Source of the DNA: Sphyrna mokarran
Taxonomy: Eukaryota
Length of the DNA stretch: 64,000 nucleotides
Direction: 5' to 3'
Assembly (NCBI GenBank): GCA_024679065.1
Contig: JAGIQG010000017.1
Coordinates: forward strand, 27,032,001 to 27,096,000
Shown piece by piece: positions 24,660 to 38,454 of this stretch. A program made the translations under genes and the position numbers. A model generated the notes under the pieces. That model was not told where the DNA came from. It worked only from the letters and a program-made list of their open reading frames with translations, and did not search any database. Position 1 is the first letter of the stretch. Each line of letters begins with the position of its first letter.

Positions 24660-25225
24660 AGGTGGCCAAGTGAGCATTAGTGGCTGGGGCAACTAGTTGC
24701 CATCCTTCATTGTCCTTGAACTGAATTGCCGGCTAAGCCATTTTGAAGGGCATTTAAGAGTCAGTCACATTATTGGATGTGCCTGGAGTCACATGGAGGC
24801 CAAATCAGGTAAAGAAGGCAGATTTCCTTTCCTTAAGAGCAATAGTGGGTAGCAGGGTACCAGGCATTTTGCAGGGGGTTGGGGGGGGGGCTTGGTGGAA
24901 TCGGTTCTGTAGTGGCTTTTAAGGGGCATCTTGACAAATACATGAATAGGATGTGAATAGAGGGATATGGTCCCAGGAAGGCTAGGGGATTTTAGTTCAA
25001 TTGGGCAGCATGGTCAGTGCAGGCTGGGAGTGCTGAAGGGCCTTTAGTGAACCAGATGGGTTTTTACAACAATCGACAACAGTTTCATGGTCATCATTAG
25101 ACCTTTAATTGTAGATTTCTTTTATTATTTGAGTTCAAATTTCACCATCTGCCATGGTAGGATTCAAACCCAGGTCACCAGAGCATTTATTGGGTCTCTG
25201 GATTACTAGTCCACTGTCTCCCCAC
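24660..25225 (-). mobile_element. Second-family SINE interrupted by a + strand CR1 3' tail (about 24845-25043)
   Basis: SINE sequence ...aagagcaatagtg resumes as tagtgaaccagatggg after the CR1 3'UTR. Confidence 0.7.
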
Positions 25226-25234
25226 TTGAGAGAA

Positions 25235-25850
25235 TGGTTTAGAAAGTAAATGGCATCTTGGACATAATAGAAGCATTGAGTACAATTCTGCACCTTTATA
25301 AAGTTCTAATCAGGCTACAACCAGAATATTTTGCCCAGTTCTGCTTACCATATTTCAGGAAGAATGTAAGTGTCCTTAAGAGGCTACAGAGGAAATTTTA
25401 TCAGAGTGGTTGCAGGGCTGTGGAATTTTAGTTACAAGGTTAGGTTGGAGAAATTGGGGTTGTTCCCTCCTGGGGCAGAGGAGAGTAAGGAGAAACTTGG
25501 TGGTGGTGCACAAGAATGTGACAAGTTTCAAAAAGGTTGACAAAGGGAAGCTGTTTGGATTAGCTGATGGTACAAAGCTCAAGACTATGCAGATTGAAGG
25601 TTTTGGATGAAATTCAAAGGTGACATGAGGGAGGACTTCTTTTAAGACTGAGTAGTAATGGCCCAAACTCACTGTCTGTGAGGGCCATGAAAACAGAGAT
25701 GATAAATGATGCAAAAAGGGAATTGGATATGCTATTGAGAGAAATAAATTTTCAATGCTGTGAGGATAGGGTGGAGGATTGAGACTTTACAGAGAACCAT
25801 CATGAATTCAATGGGCCATTTGGCCTCTGCCTGCACATTGTGACTCTCTG
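25235..25850 (+). mobile_element. Old CR1 3' fragment
   Basis: Degenerate RT C-terminus (ccagaatattttgcccagttctg) and 3'UTR. Confidence 0.7.
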
Positions 25851-25909
25851 ATGCTTCATCCCTTTGAACTTTGAACAGTTCCCCAATGACACAAACCAGT
25901 TTCCCATTC

Positions 25910-26282
25910 ATTGACACTGACTACATTTCCTGCTACCTTGGAAAATCAGCCAGCATAATCAAGGACACTCTCTCTCTCTCTCTCTACTGCAACCCCCACC
26001 CCCAATATACTGTCTTCCACCTTCTTTGGTCAGGAAAAAGATACAAAAGTCCAAGGTCACATATCAATTGACTTCTTCCCTGCTGCCATCAGACTTTTGA
26101 ATGGACCTAACTCATTAAGTTAATCTTTCTCTACACCCTAGCTATGACTGTAACACTACACTCTGCACTCTCTCCTTTCCTTCTCTATGAACAGTATGCT
26201 TTGTCTTTATACTGAGCAAGAAAAAGTACTTTTCACAGTATGCCAATATATGTGACAATAATACATTAAACCAAAATCAAAG
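25910..26282 (+). mobile_element. Rex1/Babar-like LINE 3' end
   Basis: Peptides ASIIKD..FHLL.SGKRYKS and FFPAAIRLLNGP; aaatc-type tail. Second copy at 32160-32590(-). Confidence 0.65.
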
Positions 26283-29200
26283 GTGACAACATTTGTATTT
26301 AAATACTGGGGTAGTTACTGTAAACCTGTAGTATTGCTATTGATTTGTAGTGGCCTTGCTGAATATTGCCAAATGATTTCTGGATGGTTGGAGACCAGAT
26401 ATACCCTGGAAGATGTACTGTGGGATCCCTGGGAGGTCCCAGCTTAAGGACTCTGTGGCAATTGCCTGGGAAGTTTGAACTTGTGATGGGCAATTTTCCT
26501 GTTGTCCAGGATCCTCTGAAATAGTTTCCAATCATTAAGAGTTTGTGATTTTGAACAGTTCCGCATTACCTACCTGATTAGTTACCCAGGGAATTTTATA
26601 CAGAAAAGAAAAGCTAAACTAGCTGCTGGAGAACCATTAACTGACCTAATTGGCTTCACTTCCCATCCCATTCCTGCACCCCCAACTGCCCCGATTCCTT
26701 GACTCTCTCTCTGATTGATCTAACCTGACCAGCCCTCACTATCCCACCAGACCCAACCGAATGAGCCTTCAACCTAACCTGACTGATCCCCACTGCCCGA
26801 CTCTTAACCCTGGAAATAACCTTATGAGCCCCCAGCCTGACAATCTCGTCCTACATGTCCTGATTACTCTCAATTCAATCACCCACCTATTCTTCCCAGT
26901 TGCCCCCTTACTCTCTTACTCACTTACCTCATGATCCATCCTATCCCCTTATGCACTTGCCATCTCTCTCTAGTTTTTCAAAGAACTTTAGGATAAGACC
27001 AGGATATTGCAATACAGTGTGCAAAAGGGGGCATGGCCTCTGCATGAATTCACTCCTCTACTCCTGCTGAGGTTTCCTGCAGTGACTGGATTCTGTTGGA
27101 ATATCCATCAGAAGATTGCCCTTGAAAAATCATAGGCAGGAAAGTGAGTATATTTTTGATGGGGGTTGGAAATAGGATTCTGATTGTGAATGGAAGAGTT
27201 GGGGTGTAGTTTTTAATTTTGTCAATGTCAGCAACTGCTCAATGTACAATCAGCTGAGGAGGGGCTGAATTGCTCCCCTCTCTTTCCTCTCTTTAGTAGA
27301 GTCATAAAGGTTTACAGCATAGAAATGGGCCTTTTGGTCCAACTTGTCCATGTCACCCTTTCTTTTAAACTCGTAAGCTCGTCCCAAATGCTCGCATTTG
27401 GTCCATATTCCTTATACCCATCTTGTCCGTGTAACTGTCTAAATGTGTTTTAAAAGACAAAATTGTACCCACCTCTACAGGCACCATGATCTGGCCGCTT
27501 GGACCCTGAGGAGAGCCAAGGAGGTATCTCCAGTGGCCATTTGCCCTTCTACTGCTGCCAGGCTGCGTGGGAACAGTCTATTAAGGATCCTGGAGGTTGG
27601 AAGGGCTCAGTCTGGGGGGAAGGGGCTCACCTCGCCACTCTCCCTGGGTTGCAGGTTTCATGGCTCTACTGCTCCTTTCTACCCTGACAGACCTGACAAT
27701 CACTCATGGCATGGTGATTTCTCACACCCCATTTCTGTGGGAGATCTGGTGAGGCTAGAATATCCCGCCCGAAGTTCTACCACTTAATGGTGAAATTTTA
27801 CATCACCTTCAATTCAATAGTGTCAAAAAGAAATAACACAACAAATGCTGATCGTTGCTCCCATTGAATTCAAGTAGAAAGATGTGCACATGGTTAAACT
27901 GAATGTCTTTAGGGAGAATATTTTGGACGTCCACAGACATGTATGAAAAGATTAAAAAGGGTGATTACAATCAATATGAAATCTGTGTTTTTATATCAAT
28001 ATTATAACCTCAAAAATTCTTGGGGGAAGAAATAATGTGAGCTGGAGAGGTCATCATCCGACATCCACTTCCCAGAATCCAGCTTTTGTTTTCTTTTGGT
28101 ATAGAGAGCATGTTTCCATGCAGATGTTTTAATGTCAGAGTTTCTTTATTTCCTCCCACCCTCTGGCCAAGATTTCTGAATACGCGAAAACACTCCTTCG
28201 GCAATCCAGCTGAAACTTATTTTCGTATGGAACCTTTTCAATTGTGGCTAAAATATCCTAGCTTTGTCAATACAGGTACCATTTTAAGTCTTGCATGGTG
28301 CCCTGGCTAAGAAGTGAAAGTAGAACAACCCTTTGAGTTGCCAGATTTTGTACCGGCAACCTGGCCTGTGCAATTACTGCTATCGACTTCACTTTGTGCA
28401 AACTAAAATTTTTTCCATATTTTTTCCTGCTCTTTTTACTACATGCCCCTGAGTCAATATTCCTTCTGCTGCAGCAGTAACGGGCTTGGAATTGACGTAT
28501 GAAAATGACTAAATTCTCTCACCTCATTATCCACCCCCACTCAGTGATCCTCTTTTCCCACAACACAATAATGTAGTTTGGCAACATTGACATCCATTAG
28601 CAAATGTATTTTGAAGAGTTCCATGAGGACATGGTGGTGATAGCTCTTCATGACTGAAATACATTGCAACCCATTTTTACCACATTGGGAAGTTGTCTGA
28701 CTTGGTTCAAAGCTTTTGGACTGCTTGGAGCTTGAGAACCAGGAAGAGAAGTGATTTTAGACAATATAAATATTTGCCTCCCTCTGTTCTATTTCATTTT
28801 GGACTGGGATGTGTATGCTCAGTGACGATGGATGATGAATCATCAGGAATCATCAGGAGCGCCTCACAGCGCACAGCTGTTGTTTCCTGTCTCCTTTCCT
28901 AGTTGTTCCAGAGAAAACTGGCCCCTGAACCCAGCCCTACATCTGCTGCGATCTGATCAAAATGAGGAAAAGGTGATTTATTTAAGCATTTATATTTGTT
29001 ATAATTTGTAAAAGTTTTGTCAAAGCTTCCAAGAGTGAGAAATCCTGATAGTTACGTAGGCTGTGGAACCAGTGGTGGGAATATTCACAGAGGGGGGAGA
29101 TTTTGCATGGTGCTTGTCTGAAGACCAGCCTCATTGACAGGGACCAGGCCTGTGGTAAAGGTCACATTCAGGAAGCAATGAAGCAGGAGAGCAGAACAGA

Positions 29201-29299
29201 GAAAGTGGCAGTGGAGTGGGAGGAGAGATGGATGAAATCATAGTAGGGTGTGGTTAGATTGTTGAGGTCAGGAGTATTGTGGATGTTTGGGAAAGGATT

Positions 29300-29590
29300 C
29301 CATGGTGGCAAAATGGTTAGCACTGCTGCCTCACAGCCTCGAGTCACTGTCTGTGAAGAGTTTGTATGTTCTCCCTATGTCTGCATGGGTTTCCTCTGGG
29401 TGCTACAGTTTCCTCCAACAGTCTGAAAGATGTGCTGCTTAGGTGGATTGGTCATGCTAAATTGTCTCTTAATATCGGGAGGCTTAGCAGAGCAAATAAA
29501 TGGAGTTATGGGGAATGGACTTGGGTGACATTGTGGTTGATGCAGGTCAATGGGTTGAATGGCCTCCTGCACTGTGGGGATTTTATGATT
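29300..29590 (+). mobile_element. HE1-type V-SINE with internal deletion
   Basis: Head, V core and tail present; B-box region missing. Confidence 0.85.
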
Positions 29591-32159
29591 GAGGACAAAT
29601 TCATAGACGTGGGTGAGCGTGAGCCATTGAGTCTGTAAAAATGTTTGTTCGCTCTGCTGGGAGGAAGCATTTCTGTTGTGCAGTTTCAGCAAGCTGCAAC
29701 TAAACCTTGCTTATGAATTCTACTGATTTAACCCCCTTGAATCTGCTCACTTCCTCGAGTATTGGACAATATCATCTTTTCTAATTTCAAGTGAAGTCAT
29801 GGAAACTGGAGAACTCGGTTTGCAATCTTCTGATAAGAATTTGATGAAGAAATCTGTTTTATGTCTGAGAGTGGCAAACATTTGAGGTGCAATGTTTTGG
29901 AAAATTAGAAGTAGCCGAATGATAATAGGGGTCATTATAAATTTCTCCTTCAAGCCGAGATGATCTTGCCCATTGAGAATTGTAACAGTGTTTATCACAT
30001 AAATTCGATAATAACATGGGATGGAAGAGAGAAAGAAAGGACCATGCATTTTCACCACAGGAGCTGAAACTAGGTGTTGAGATCAACTCTTTCTTTGTTC
30101 ATGATGATGTGTGACTTGCAATTTGAGACACCTGTGATTTGTCATTCATAACTTAGGTTTAGTATGAATTGCTGTTTTAATTGCAGTTTTATATGAGTAA
30201 CTTTTTCAAAAACTTGCTTCTTGCGATTACCATTCCATCATTGAAATAATCTGTCTTTGGATCAGAGAATGTGAATTTACATCAGAAACTCGTGCCTCAT
30301 AGTCTCACACTGCAGGAAATGTGAATGGTCTCGTTGACTGCATTTCAAATTCTGCAAAACGGAAGATCCTCGATTATTTTGCAAGCTTCCATTCCTATGA
30401 CTTGAGATTTTATACTTTGGGAAAGGAAGAGTGTGCTTTTTTTCAACAGAGAAAGATAAAATAAAGGGTACAATAATCTTACTAAGTCCATTCTTCTGTC
30501 ACCCATCACCTCTGTTTGAAATGCCATTCTATGGTTACAGAGTGAAAGTCAAGTCCTGAGTCTTTGACTGCTGCTCATCCCCTCCTTCTGCTGCAGCTTC
30601 TGTTGGGCAAGCCTGCACTTGCCTGTTAGGGGAGCTCATATTGTACAAGGTCCAAAGGGAGATCTGTTGACGACTCCTTGTGGCCGTCATAACAATAGGT
30701 TATTTCTAAGCTTTTTGAGTTTCCCTTTGATGGCAACGTTGCCAAGTTCAGTGGAATGTATTTCCATACCTGACTATTAATCTTTAACGTGTTCCTTGGG
30801 TTAGGCTCATTTGCATATTTCAGGTGGACTTGCTCCATTATTCCCACCTGCAGCTTAGGATCCACCTTTGTTGCCGGGTGGGGTTGTGTGAGATGGTAAT
30901 TGCAACCTTGGGATCCTGCTGAACGGGATCTGCCTGTATCCAAGCAATGCACCGAAAATATGAAAATCATGGGTGGAAGAAATTAATCAATCATCCCATT
31001 ATGGACTCTTTACAATCCCTACTAATTCTGGATGCCAGTAACATGGGCATTGCCAGTGTCTGGTGGTGTTATATCTTGATAAGGGCACAAAATTGGACAT
31101 ATGTCGTCTCTGGTCATTCTGGCTAACTTGAGTAGTCTTATCTGCCCTACATCAAGACTTACCCATGTTCTGCCACCTGACTCCAGGTGGACAATCCTGA
31201 AAGCAACAGGAAGAGCGAGGCTCCCCCTACCTCCACCCCTCCAAGCCCTATTAACCAAACTCAAGTTACAAAATAAAAGCAGAAAATCCTGTTCTATTCA
31301 TGCAGCTATTTGGTGGAGAGATGAGTTTTCCATGAGGAGCAAGCAAAGAAGATTAAAGGTTGATGCAATAACATTAAAGGTTGATGCAATAACTTCAATC
31401 CTTAAATCCAAATATTACTTTTGATCAAATGTAAACAGGATGCTGCAGTCCACTCAATGACTTGATTTGATCTGGGTTGCTTGCTATTAAACAATTAGCT
31501 TCTGCATCCATTCACTAGTTGATCTCTTTGCCATCATCCCTTGACTCTTGCTTTTTGCACCATTCTTGGAACTGCCCATATTGCTATAATTTCTGCAGCC
31601 AAGATTATTTTATGCTCGCTTTCTTTATCTCATTACGCTGTTAGCCTTTTGAGTATCTGGAAGCAAAACAGTTGTTTGTGTTATCCAGCTTTCTTAGTTT
31701 TGACAGAACCATAGAGATGGCAAGTTTGCACCAGGGTTTCCTTTCAGAGTTAATGTTGTTCACAATGTAGAAGCAGTCGAGATTTCCAGAAGCCCTGTTG
31801 TTTTTGTGCCAAGTTTCTTGAGGATTCTAACAATTTTTGATTGTTGGATTGCAACTTCTGTTTATGATTTGAAATTTATTTTGAAGCATGTATTCGTGAA
31901 TTAATTTTCCAATTATAATTTCAGCAAGTTTTCAGGAGGAAGGTATTTAATGCCTGCATTTGTTACCCAAACTTTATCAATCAGTGGTCAAAAACAAGAA
32001 TTAGCCTGGATCTCTTGCATACAAGCAAATTTTGGGTGCGTTTGCGCCCAGCTCCTGATGCAGTGAAGGCAGAGAAATTGGTGGCAAGCCAAATCTCTAT
32101 TCACTTCAGCGAGATGAGAAAATCCCACTAATGTGAATGGTTGGAAAACCCTGGCCAAA

Positions 32160-32590
32160 GGTTTGGTTTGATTTGATTTGATTTATTATCGTTACATGCA
32201 TTAGTATACAGTGAAAAGTATTGTTTCTTGTGCGCTTCATAGAGAAGGAAAGGAGACTGTGCAGAATGTAATGTCGTAGTCATAGCCAGCATGTAGAGAA
32301 AGGTCAATTTAATGCAAGGCAGGACCATTCAAAAGTCTAATGCAGCAGGAAAGAAGCTGTTCTTAAGCTGATTGGTATGTGACCTCAGACTTTTGTCTTT
32401 TTCCCAACAGAAGAAAGTAGAAGAGAGAATGTCTGCAGTGTGTGGGGTCCTTAATTATGTTGGCTGCTTTTCCAAGATAGCAGAAACTGTAGAAGTGTCA
32501 ATGGATGGGAGGCTGGTTTGCATGATAGACTGGGTTTCATTCATGTCCCTTTGTAGTTTCTCTCCTGGGCAGAGCACATACCAAATTTCC
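32160..32590 (-). mobile_element. Rex1/Babar-like LINE 3' end
   Basis: (tttga)n tail and accattcaaaagtctaatgcagcaggaaagaagctgttctt; homologous to 25910-26282. Confidence 0.7.
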
Positions 32591-34875
32591 TTAGTGTTTT
32601 GAGAAAATAGAGGCGTTGGTGGGCTTTCTTAACAATAGTTCGGATGGGAAGGTTGAGGGGGGGGATAGGTTGTCTTTTATCTCAGTCCAAGAATTCCATT
32701 GTGACAAAACAAGCTGGAGGAAGAAAATGAATCTTTTTAGATTGAGAATAAACAATATTCTAAAATAATCCCAACCCAAACACATAACAAAATACAACAT
32801 TAAGTTGAAAGAGGGTGAATTATTCAGTGGCATGTAGGAACATCACAAAGAGTTGGATATTGGAACATGGAATGTTGTGTTCCTATTTATAGGCTTAATG
32901 TAATTACAGAAACAAGTTGGAGCAACATTGTGCTAATATTATATAAATTACTGAAGTTGTTTTGATGCTGCAAAATGAATCCATACACAAAAATATGAAT
33001 GGAACGCAAAGGTTATTATTTTGTAAAGAAGCAATGAACATGAAAAGGCGGCTTGTAAAGAATCAAAACATTTAACTTGCTGCATGTAATGGATAATGGT
33101 TTTAAACTGGTGAGGATTGTGAAAGGAATCAAAATGAGCAATTGTGTGTTTACTCACATGGGTACCAACTATGCAGACGGTAACGGCCTGGAGTTTTGCC
33201 AATTTGGGATGATTCGGGAAACCTTTAAAAATGGACAGTGTGTTCCGATTCTAGGATCTCTGACCTCAATCCTGAGGTTTTTACAATTTTCAAGGGGTGC
33301 CTTATAAGGATGTGAGCTGGTTTGGCTCACAAGCCAACACCCTGCACTCTCCACTCAGCTGGCTTCGATGTGCAAATGGGCATGTTCTAATCCTCCATAA
33401 TTTTCATGGAAGAGGGCAGGAATTTCTGAAGATTGTGACTCCCCAGCACCTCAAAGATGTCATGAACCATAGTTTGGATGAGTGAAAGGCAATTTCCAAA
33501 GGCATCTCACTCACCTCCTATGTCCCCTCATTCCCCCATGGCAAGTAATGTCCCTTGTTCATCTTCTCATGGCCCCTCACACCTCCTATGGCAACCAGTG
33601 GTTCACCCATGTCTAGTCAACCACTATATGCTTTATAAAAGCATTGAATATAACAATGACAGTAAGATGTGTAAAAAAAAAAATCTGCAAGAAGTCATTC
33701 ATTAATAACTTTCCACTTCCTTAAAACAGAACTTTTTTTTACTAGAGCCCAATACAAGTTTCAATTCTTCAAATAATTAAATAATGAGTAGCAGAAAATG
33801 CAGGAACTTGAAGCCTCTATTTTGAATATGAAATTGGCAGTATAATTCAGAAAGCTGGAGGTGTCAATCATACAGTGCTCCCTTAGGGCCTAGGCATTTC
33901 AAAAGATTAATGGATTTCTAGGCTCTCATTCTTGGCTGAAAGCCCAGAGATCAATTAGCCTGGCGAACTCTGTCCCCCTCAAACAACACCTTTCAACCCA
34001 CATGCCTCTTGTGCTAAGATATGCTCCCGCCATTCATAATTTCTTATGCGATTTGACCAAGATGGAAATTTTCCGAACTTCTGCTATTTGTCTTGAGGAT
34101 GAAAATGTAGCCCAATGTTTTAACTAATTATTCCCTTCCTCATTTACTAGTTTTACCCTGATATACCTGCCACCAGTAGATTGGTAGAACAAATGGAATG
34201 AATTTTGGATGAGCTGGGGTTCTGTGGGTAGAGGATGGGATGTCAGCAAAGCTAGGAAATATAGACTTGATAGAGTTATTGCAAACAGCCAGGATCAGCA
34301 TGAAATAGTGGCCAGGAGAGTGGTGGGTGGTTGGGGAGGGGGGCGGTGAAGAGTGTGCAGGGGGTGGAGGGTGGATTTTAGTGGCAGGTGATTAAAAATG
34401 TCAACTTCAATCATCCCAACGTTTAGCTAAAGGAGATGCTAAACAATCAGTATTTTTGAAAGTATAAGCTTATTTGATATTATTCAAGTATGCTTGTTGA
34501 ACAAGAGTTGGAAAGGAATTGTTCTTTGAATGAGTTTGTGATAGATTCAGTTGGGACTGAACGTTGGAGTTGAGCTAATTTCTGCAAATGGCCATGGTGT
34601 TTATATGTTATGAATTTTTTTTAAGATGATTAATGCCATGGTAGATACAATCTTGTTGGTTTCAAAGCCAGAATGAACTAACTTGATAGTTTTTTTTTTA
34701 AGTAGTTTCATTGTAAACTCCTTCATGTTTCCATGAATTTTATAAAATGACTCGGATTATTTAAAAATTGGATATTTGAGGTAGAAAAATGAAGCTGAAT
34801 TTAGAGACAAAAGGTGAATGCAGATTTCTATTGCGCTGATAGTGTACAGTAATCATTGTTTTGTTTCTATTTCAG

Positions 34876-36190
34876 TGTTTTTTCCTGATGATAATCAGAC
34901 TGGTGTTGCCCCTGAGACCGCACTGCAAGAAACTGATTCCTTCAGACCTCTTACTGAGTCAGCTTCAATTGTCTTTGATGAGGATAAACCAATAGCCAGC
35001 AGTGGTGCTTATAAAATAGATTTTGATAGTCTTGATATTTTAGACTCTTTCCAACCTCACTGTCCTTTGGATCCGAGCTCACCTGTGAAGTCGGAAAGTT
35101 CCAAAATTTGCGGACAATCCAGTGAGAATTCTTTGCATTCGACCAACAGTACCAGCTCAGCACTGCCAACATCTCCCCCGTTGGCGCGAAAGTCTGATGG
35201 AACTACAGATGTTGGTCGCACAGAGGAGGTGGCAAAAACATTACAGGCAGAGGCTTTTAGCATAGCCTCAGATAATGCTCACAGTGTCAAGAAAAAGAAA
35301 CCTAGACCACTATCTCTAAAAAAGAAGACCAAGTCTGAGAAACCAGCAGAAACACAAGCAGATAAACCAACAGAGACCTCAACTGTGACAGAAACGCGAG
35401 CAAGGTCCACCATCCCCGAGACTAATAATGAAGTGACTGTGTCTCATTCATCCTGCAACAGTTTACAAAGCGCAGTTGATCAACAGGACTCTCCCATTCC
35501 TCATCAGGCTTCCTGCAGTTTTGATCCAGATAACCTTTCCGAGCGTAATCCACTTGCGAGTGGAGATAAACAACAGAACTTGCCAGTGTCACAGAGTGAG
35601 TGTGAGACTGTTACTGCTGTGTTAAAAGAAGCGGATAACATTGCACCCGAGTCTGCAACGCTTCCTGATACTCCAGCTGTGGGCCATGCAGTGAGGCTGG
35701 AGTTTGATTATTCCGAGGATAAAGACAGTTTTGAAATTGAACAAGAAAAAAAGCCCATTGCTAAGAAATTTGGCAAAAAATCTGGTGGAAAGATGCCACT
35801 TAGAAAGCCAAAGATAGGAATCAAGAAGGTTCCGGCAGTGGAAAAGGTAGACAACGCTCTTGCTGCACCATCTCATTCAACAGTTGATCCCGATGATATC
35901 CCTATTCCAAAGACCACTTATTCATTTGACCCTTCGAAATGGGATGATCCCAATTTCAACCCATTTAGCAGCAATGTACAAGTTCCTAATTCTCCCAAGT
36001 TGCCTCATGCTTCATTCAGTTTTGACGTGGACAACTGTGATAACTCTGTGGACTCATTTAAATCTTCGGCAAAAATCTCAGGATCCCCTTCCCATTCCCC
36101 TGCATCATTTGAAGTGAATGATGACTCTGGTACTAGTGAAGGGGATGTTAACAATAAATCGTCGAAGAAGAAGAGGCTACCTTTAAAGAC
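34876..36190 (+). CDS. TACC2: TACC2 large exon (serine/proline/acidic region with SDP-type repeats)
   Basis: Lies within ORF 34818..36194. Acceptor tttctatttcag, donor AC|gtaagc. Motifs VFDEDKPIASSGAY, KKKPRPLSLKKK, VRLEFDYSEDK, KMPLRKPK, KWDDPNFNPFSS and KKKRLPLKT match recalled TACC2. Confidence 0.97.
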
Positions 36191-36409
36191 GTAAGCACGA
36201 AAGTTGTTAATTTTTCTAAAACGTGCAACAATGTACTATGTCCTAATGATCAATATCGTGTGCTTTTCAGGTTTCCAATCACATGAATTGTTTGTACAGG
36301 TTTTTGTATTTACAAAAAAGAGCAATCAGTGATTTTGACAATATCAGCTTATTTCATATTACTAATGGAGACACTTCGTATTAAAAAATCTGAAGATGGG
36401 TTTGTGGTG

Positions 36410-37250
36410 CATAAGAATATAAGAAATGAGAGCAGAGGTAAAGCATGTGGCTTCTTGAGCCAATCCTGCCATTCGATAGGATTATGGCTAATCTCCAACT
36501 TCAACTCCACTTTCTTACCTTTGCTTCCCTGAGAGAGGGACAATCTATCTCAGCCTTGCGTACACACAATGATGATGCATCCAGAACCTCCTGGAGTCGA
36601 GAATTCAAACTCTGTGGGTAAAATATTAGGACTGATTAAAAGAAAAGAATGAAACATAGAAAATAGGAGTAGACCATTCAGCCCTTCGTGCCTGCTCTGT
36701 CATTCTACATAACTACGGCTGATCCTCTATCTCAACGCTATGCTCCAGCGTGCTCTCTTGACGCTTTTAGAGTCTAGAAATCTATTTCCTACTTGAGTGT
36801 ATGCAGTGAATTGGCCTTCGCAGCTTTCTGTGCTGGAGAATTCCACAGGTTCACCACCTTCTGAGTGAAGAAATTTCTCCTCATCAAAGTCCTAAATGGC
36901 CTATTCTGTATCCTGATACTGTGACTCATTGTATTAGTCCCCCAGCCAGAGGGAACAACCTCCCTGTATCCAGTCCTTCTAACCTTGTCAGAATTTTATA
37001 CATTTCCATTAGATCCCATCTCATTCTTCCAAATTCCAACAAATACAGGCCTAGTCAATGCAATGCCTCCTTGTACAATAATCCTGCCACCCCAGGAATT
37101 AGTCTGGTGAACCTTTGCTGCACCCATTCTATGGCAAATGGATCCTTCCTTGAACAAGGAGACCAAAACTTCACACGATACTAGTCTCAGCAGGTTCTGG
37201 TATGACATCCTTCCTCCTGTATTTAAATCCTTTTGCAATGAAAGCCAACA
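36410..37250 (-). mobile_element. Two tandem CR1 3' fragments
   Basis: cataagaatataagaaat and gaaacatagaaaataggagtag tails; degenerate RT C-terminus. Confidence 0.75.
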
Positions 37251-37834
37251 GTGGACATGGAGATTATACATATTCATTCTTTACTTCTGCTCACCACTTC
37301 CTGACAATCCAGCAATCATCTCACCTTGACATTTAACAGTTTTATCATTGCTGAATCCACCATCATCAGCATTCAAATTCTCATGTACACAGACTGTACC
37401 TACAAATAGAAACCAATGTTAATAGCTCCCTGTATAATTTAAGGTTTCTGACATCAACTGTAGTGCTCGTAATCTCTCCCTGTCAGAAATCAGCAAGCTT
37501 TATTTGTTCATATTAACTCAGGTTTATACAAACTTTGGGGGAGATCTTGTGGCTTAATGAGTAGTCCCAATGCTTCTGAACCAGAAACCTTGGATTTAAG
37601 TCCTACTACAGACCATGGGCACAGGAGGAGTGTTGAAATAGGATCGAATAGCTTGATAATAAACCTACTCATGTTTCTAATATGCTCATGCAAGGTGGTA
37701 AGAGTGGGAGAGACTGCTTGTCAGGTGTGCTTGATGCTGCGGTGTCTCTCGAGTATAAGCACTTGTCTCTTAACAAAGAGAAGTGCCTACATTCCTTTGT
37801 GGACTTGGCTAATTACAAGCAGGACTTATGCGAG

Positions 37835-38186
37835 ACAATTATGTAGTGGTAATGTCACTCTACTAATAATACAGGGACTCAGGGTAATGCTCGAGGTCCT
37901 GAGTTCAAATCCCACCATGGCAGATGGTGAAAATCAATCTGGAATTAAAATACAATGATGACCATGAACCATTGTTAATTTCCTTCCCTAAAGGATATTA
38001 GTGAACTAGATACAAAAATCCATCTAGTTCACTAATATCCTTTAGGGAAGGAAAACTGTCATCCTTATCTGGTTTGGCCAACATATGCTCCAGTTCCACA
38101 GCAATGTGGCTGACTCTTCAATGCCCTAAAAGATGCGCAATAAATGTTGGCCCAGCTGACGATGCCCATGCTCCATGAATGAATGA
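37835..38186 (+). mobile_element. Second-family SINE containing a perfect 33-bp inverted repeat
   Basis: Homology to 11307-11695; hairpin at 37979-38054. Confidence 0.82.
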
Positions 38187-38454
38187 AGGCAATAACCTTT
38201 AAAATTCCACTTTAATTTTGAGCCCCCAGACCATTTCAACTTCACAACTATGATAATATGAAAGCTTTTGTCCCTTAGTAAGTATTAACATTACCTTTGG
38301 AAGGATTAGTATGTTGACCTATTTGGCCCATGTCATGTACACTTCTCCCATGATGAACGAGTGTAGGAGTGGGGCTTGCATGCACAGCTATGATCTTATT
38401 GAATGGCAGCGCAGGCTCGAGGAGCTGGATGGCCTACTCCTGCTCCTATTTCTT

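Noticed and set aside
34320-34375. G-quadruplex-like G-run cluster
   Set aside because: Similar low-complexity G tracts occur elsewhere (24873-24890, 47870-47915); nothing indicates function.
34818-36194. 458-aa ORF as a stand-alone single-exon gene
   Set aside because: The first 19 codons are intronic and the stop lies within the donor site; it is an internal TACC2 exon.
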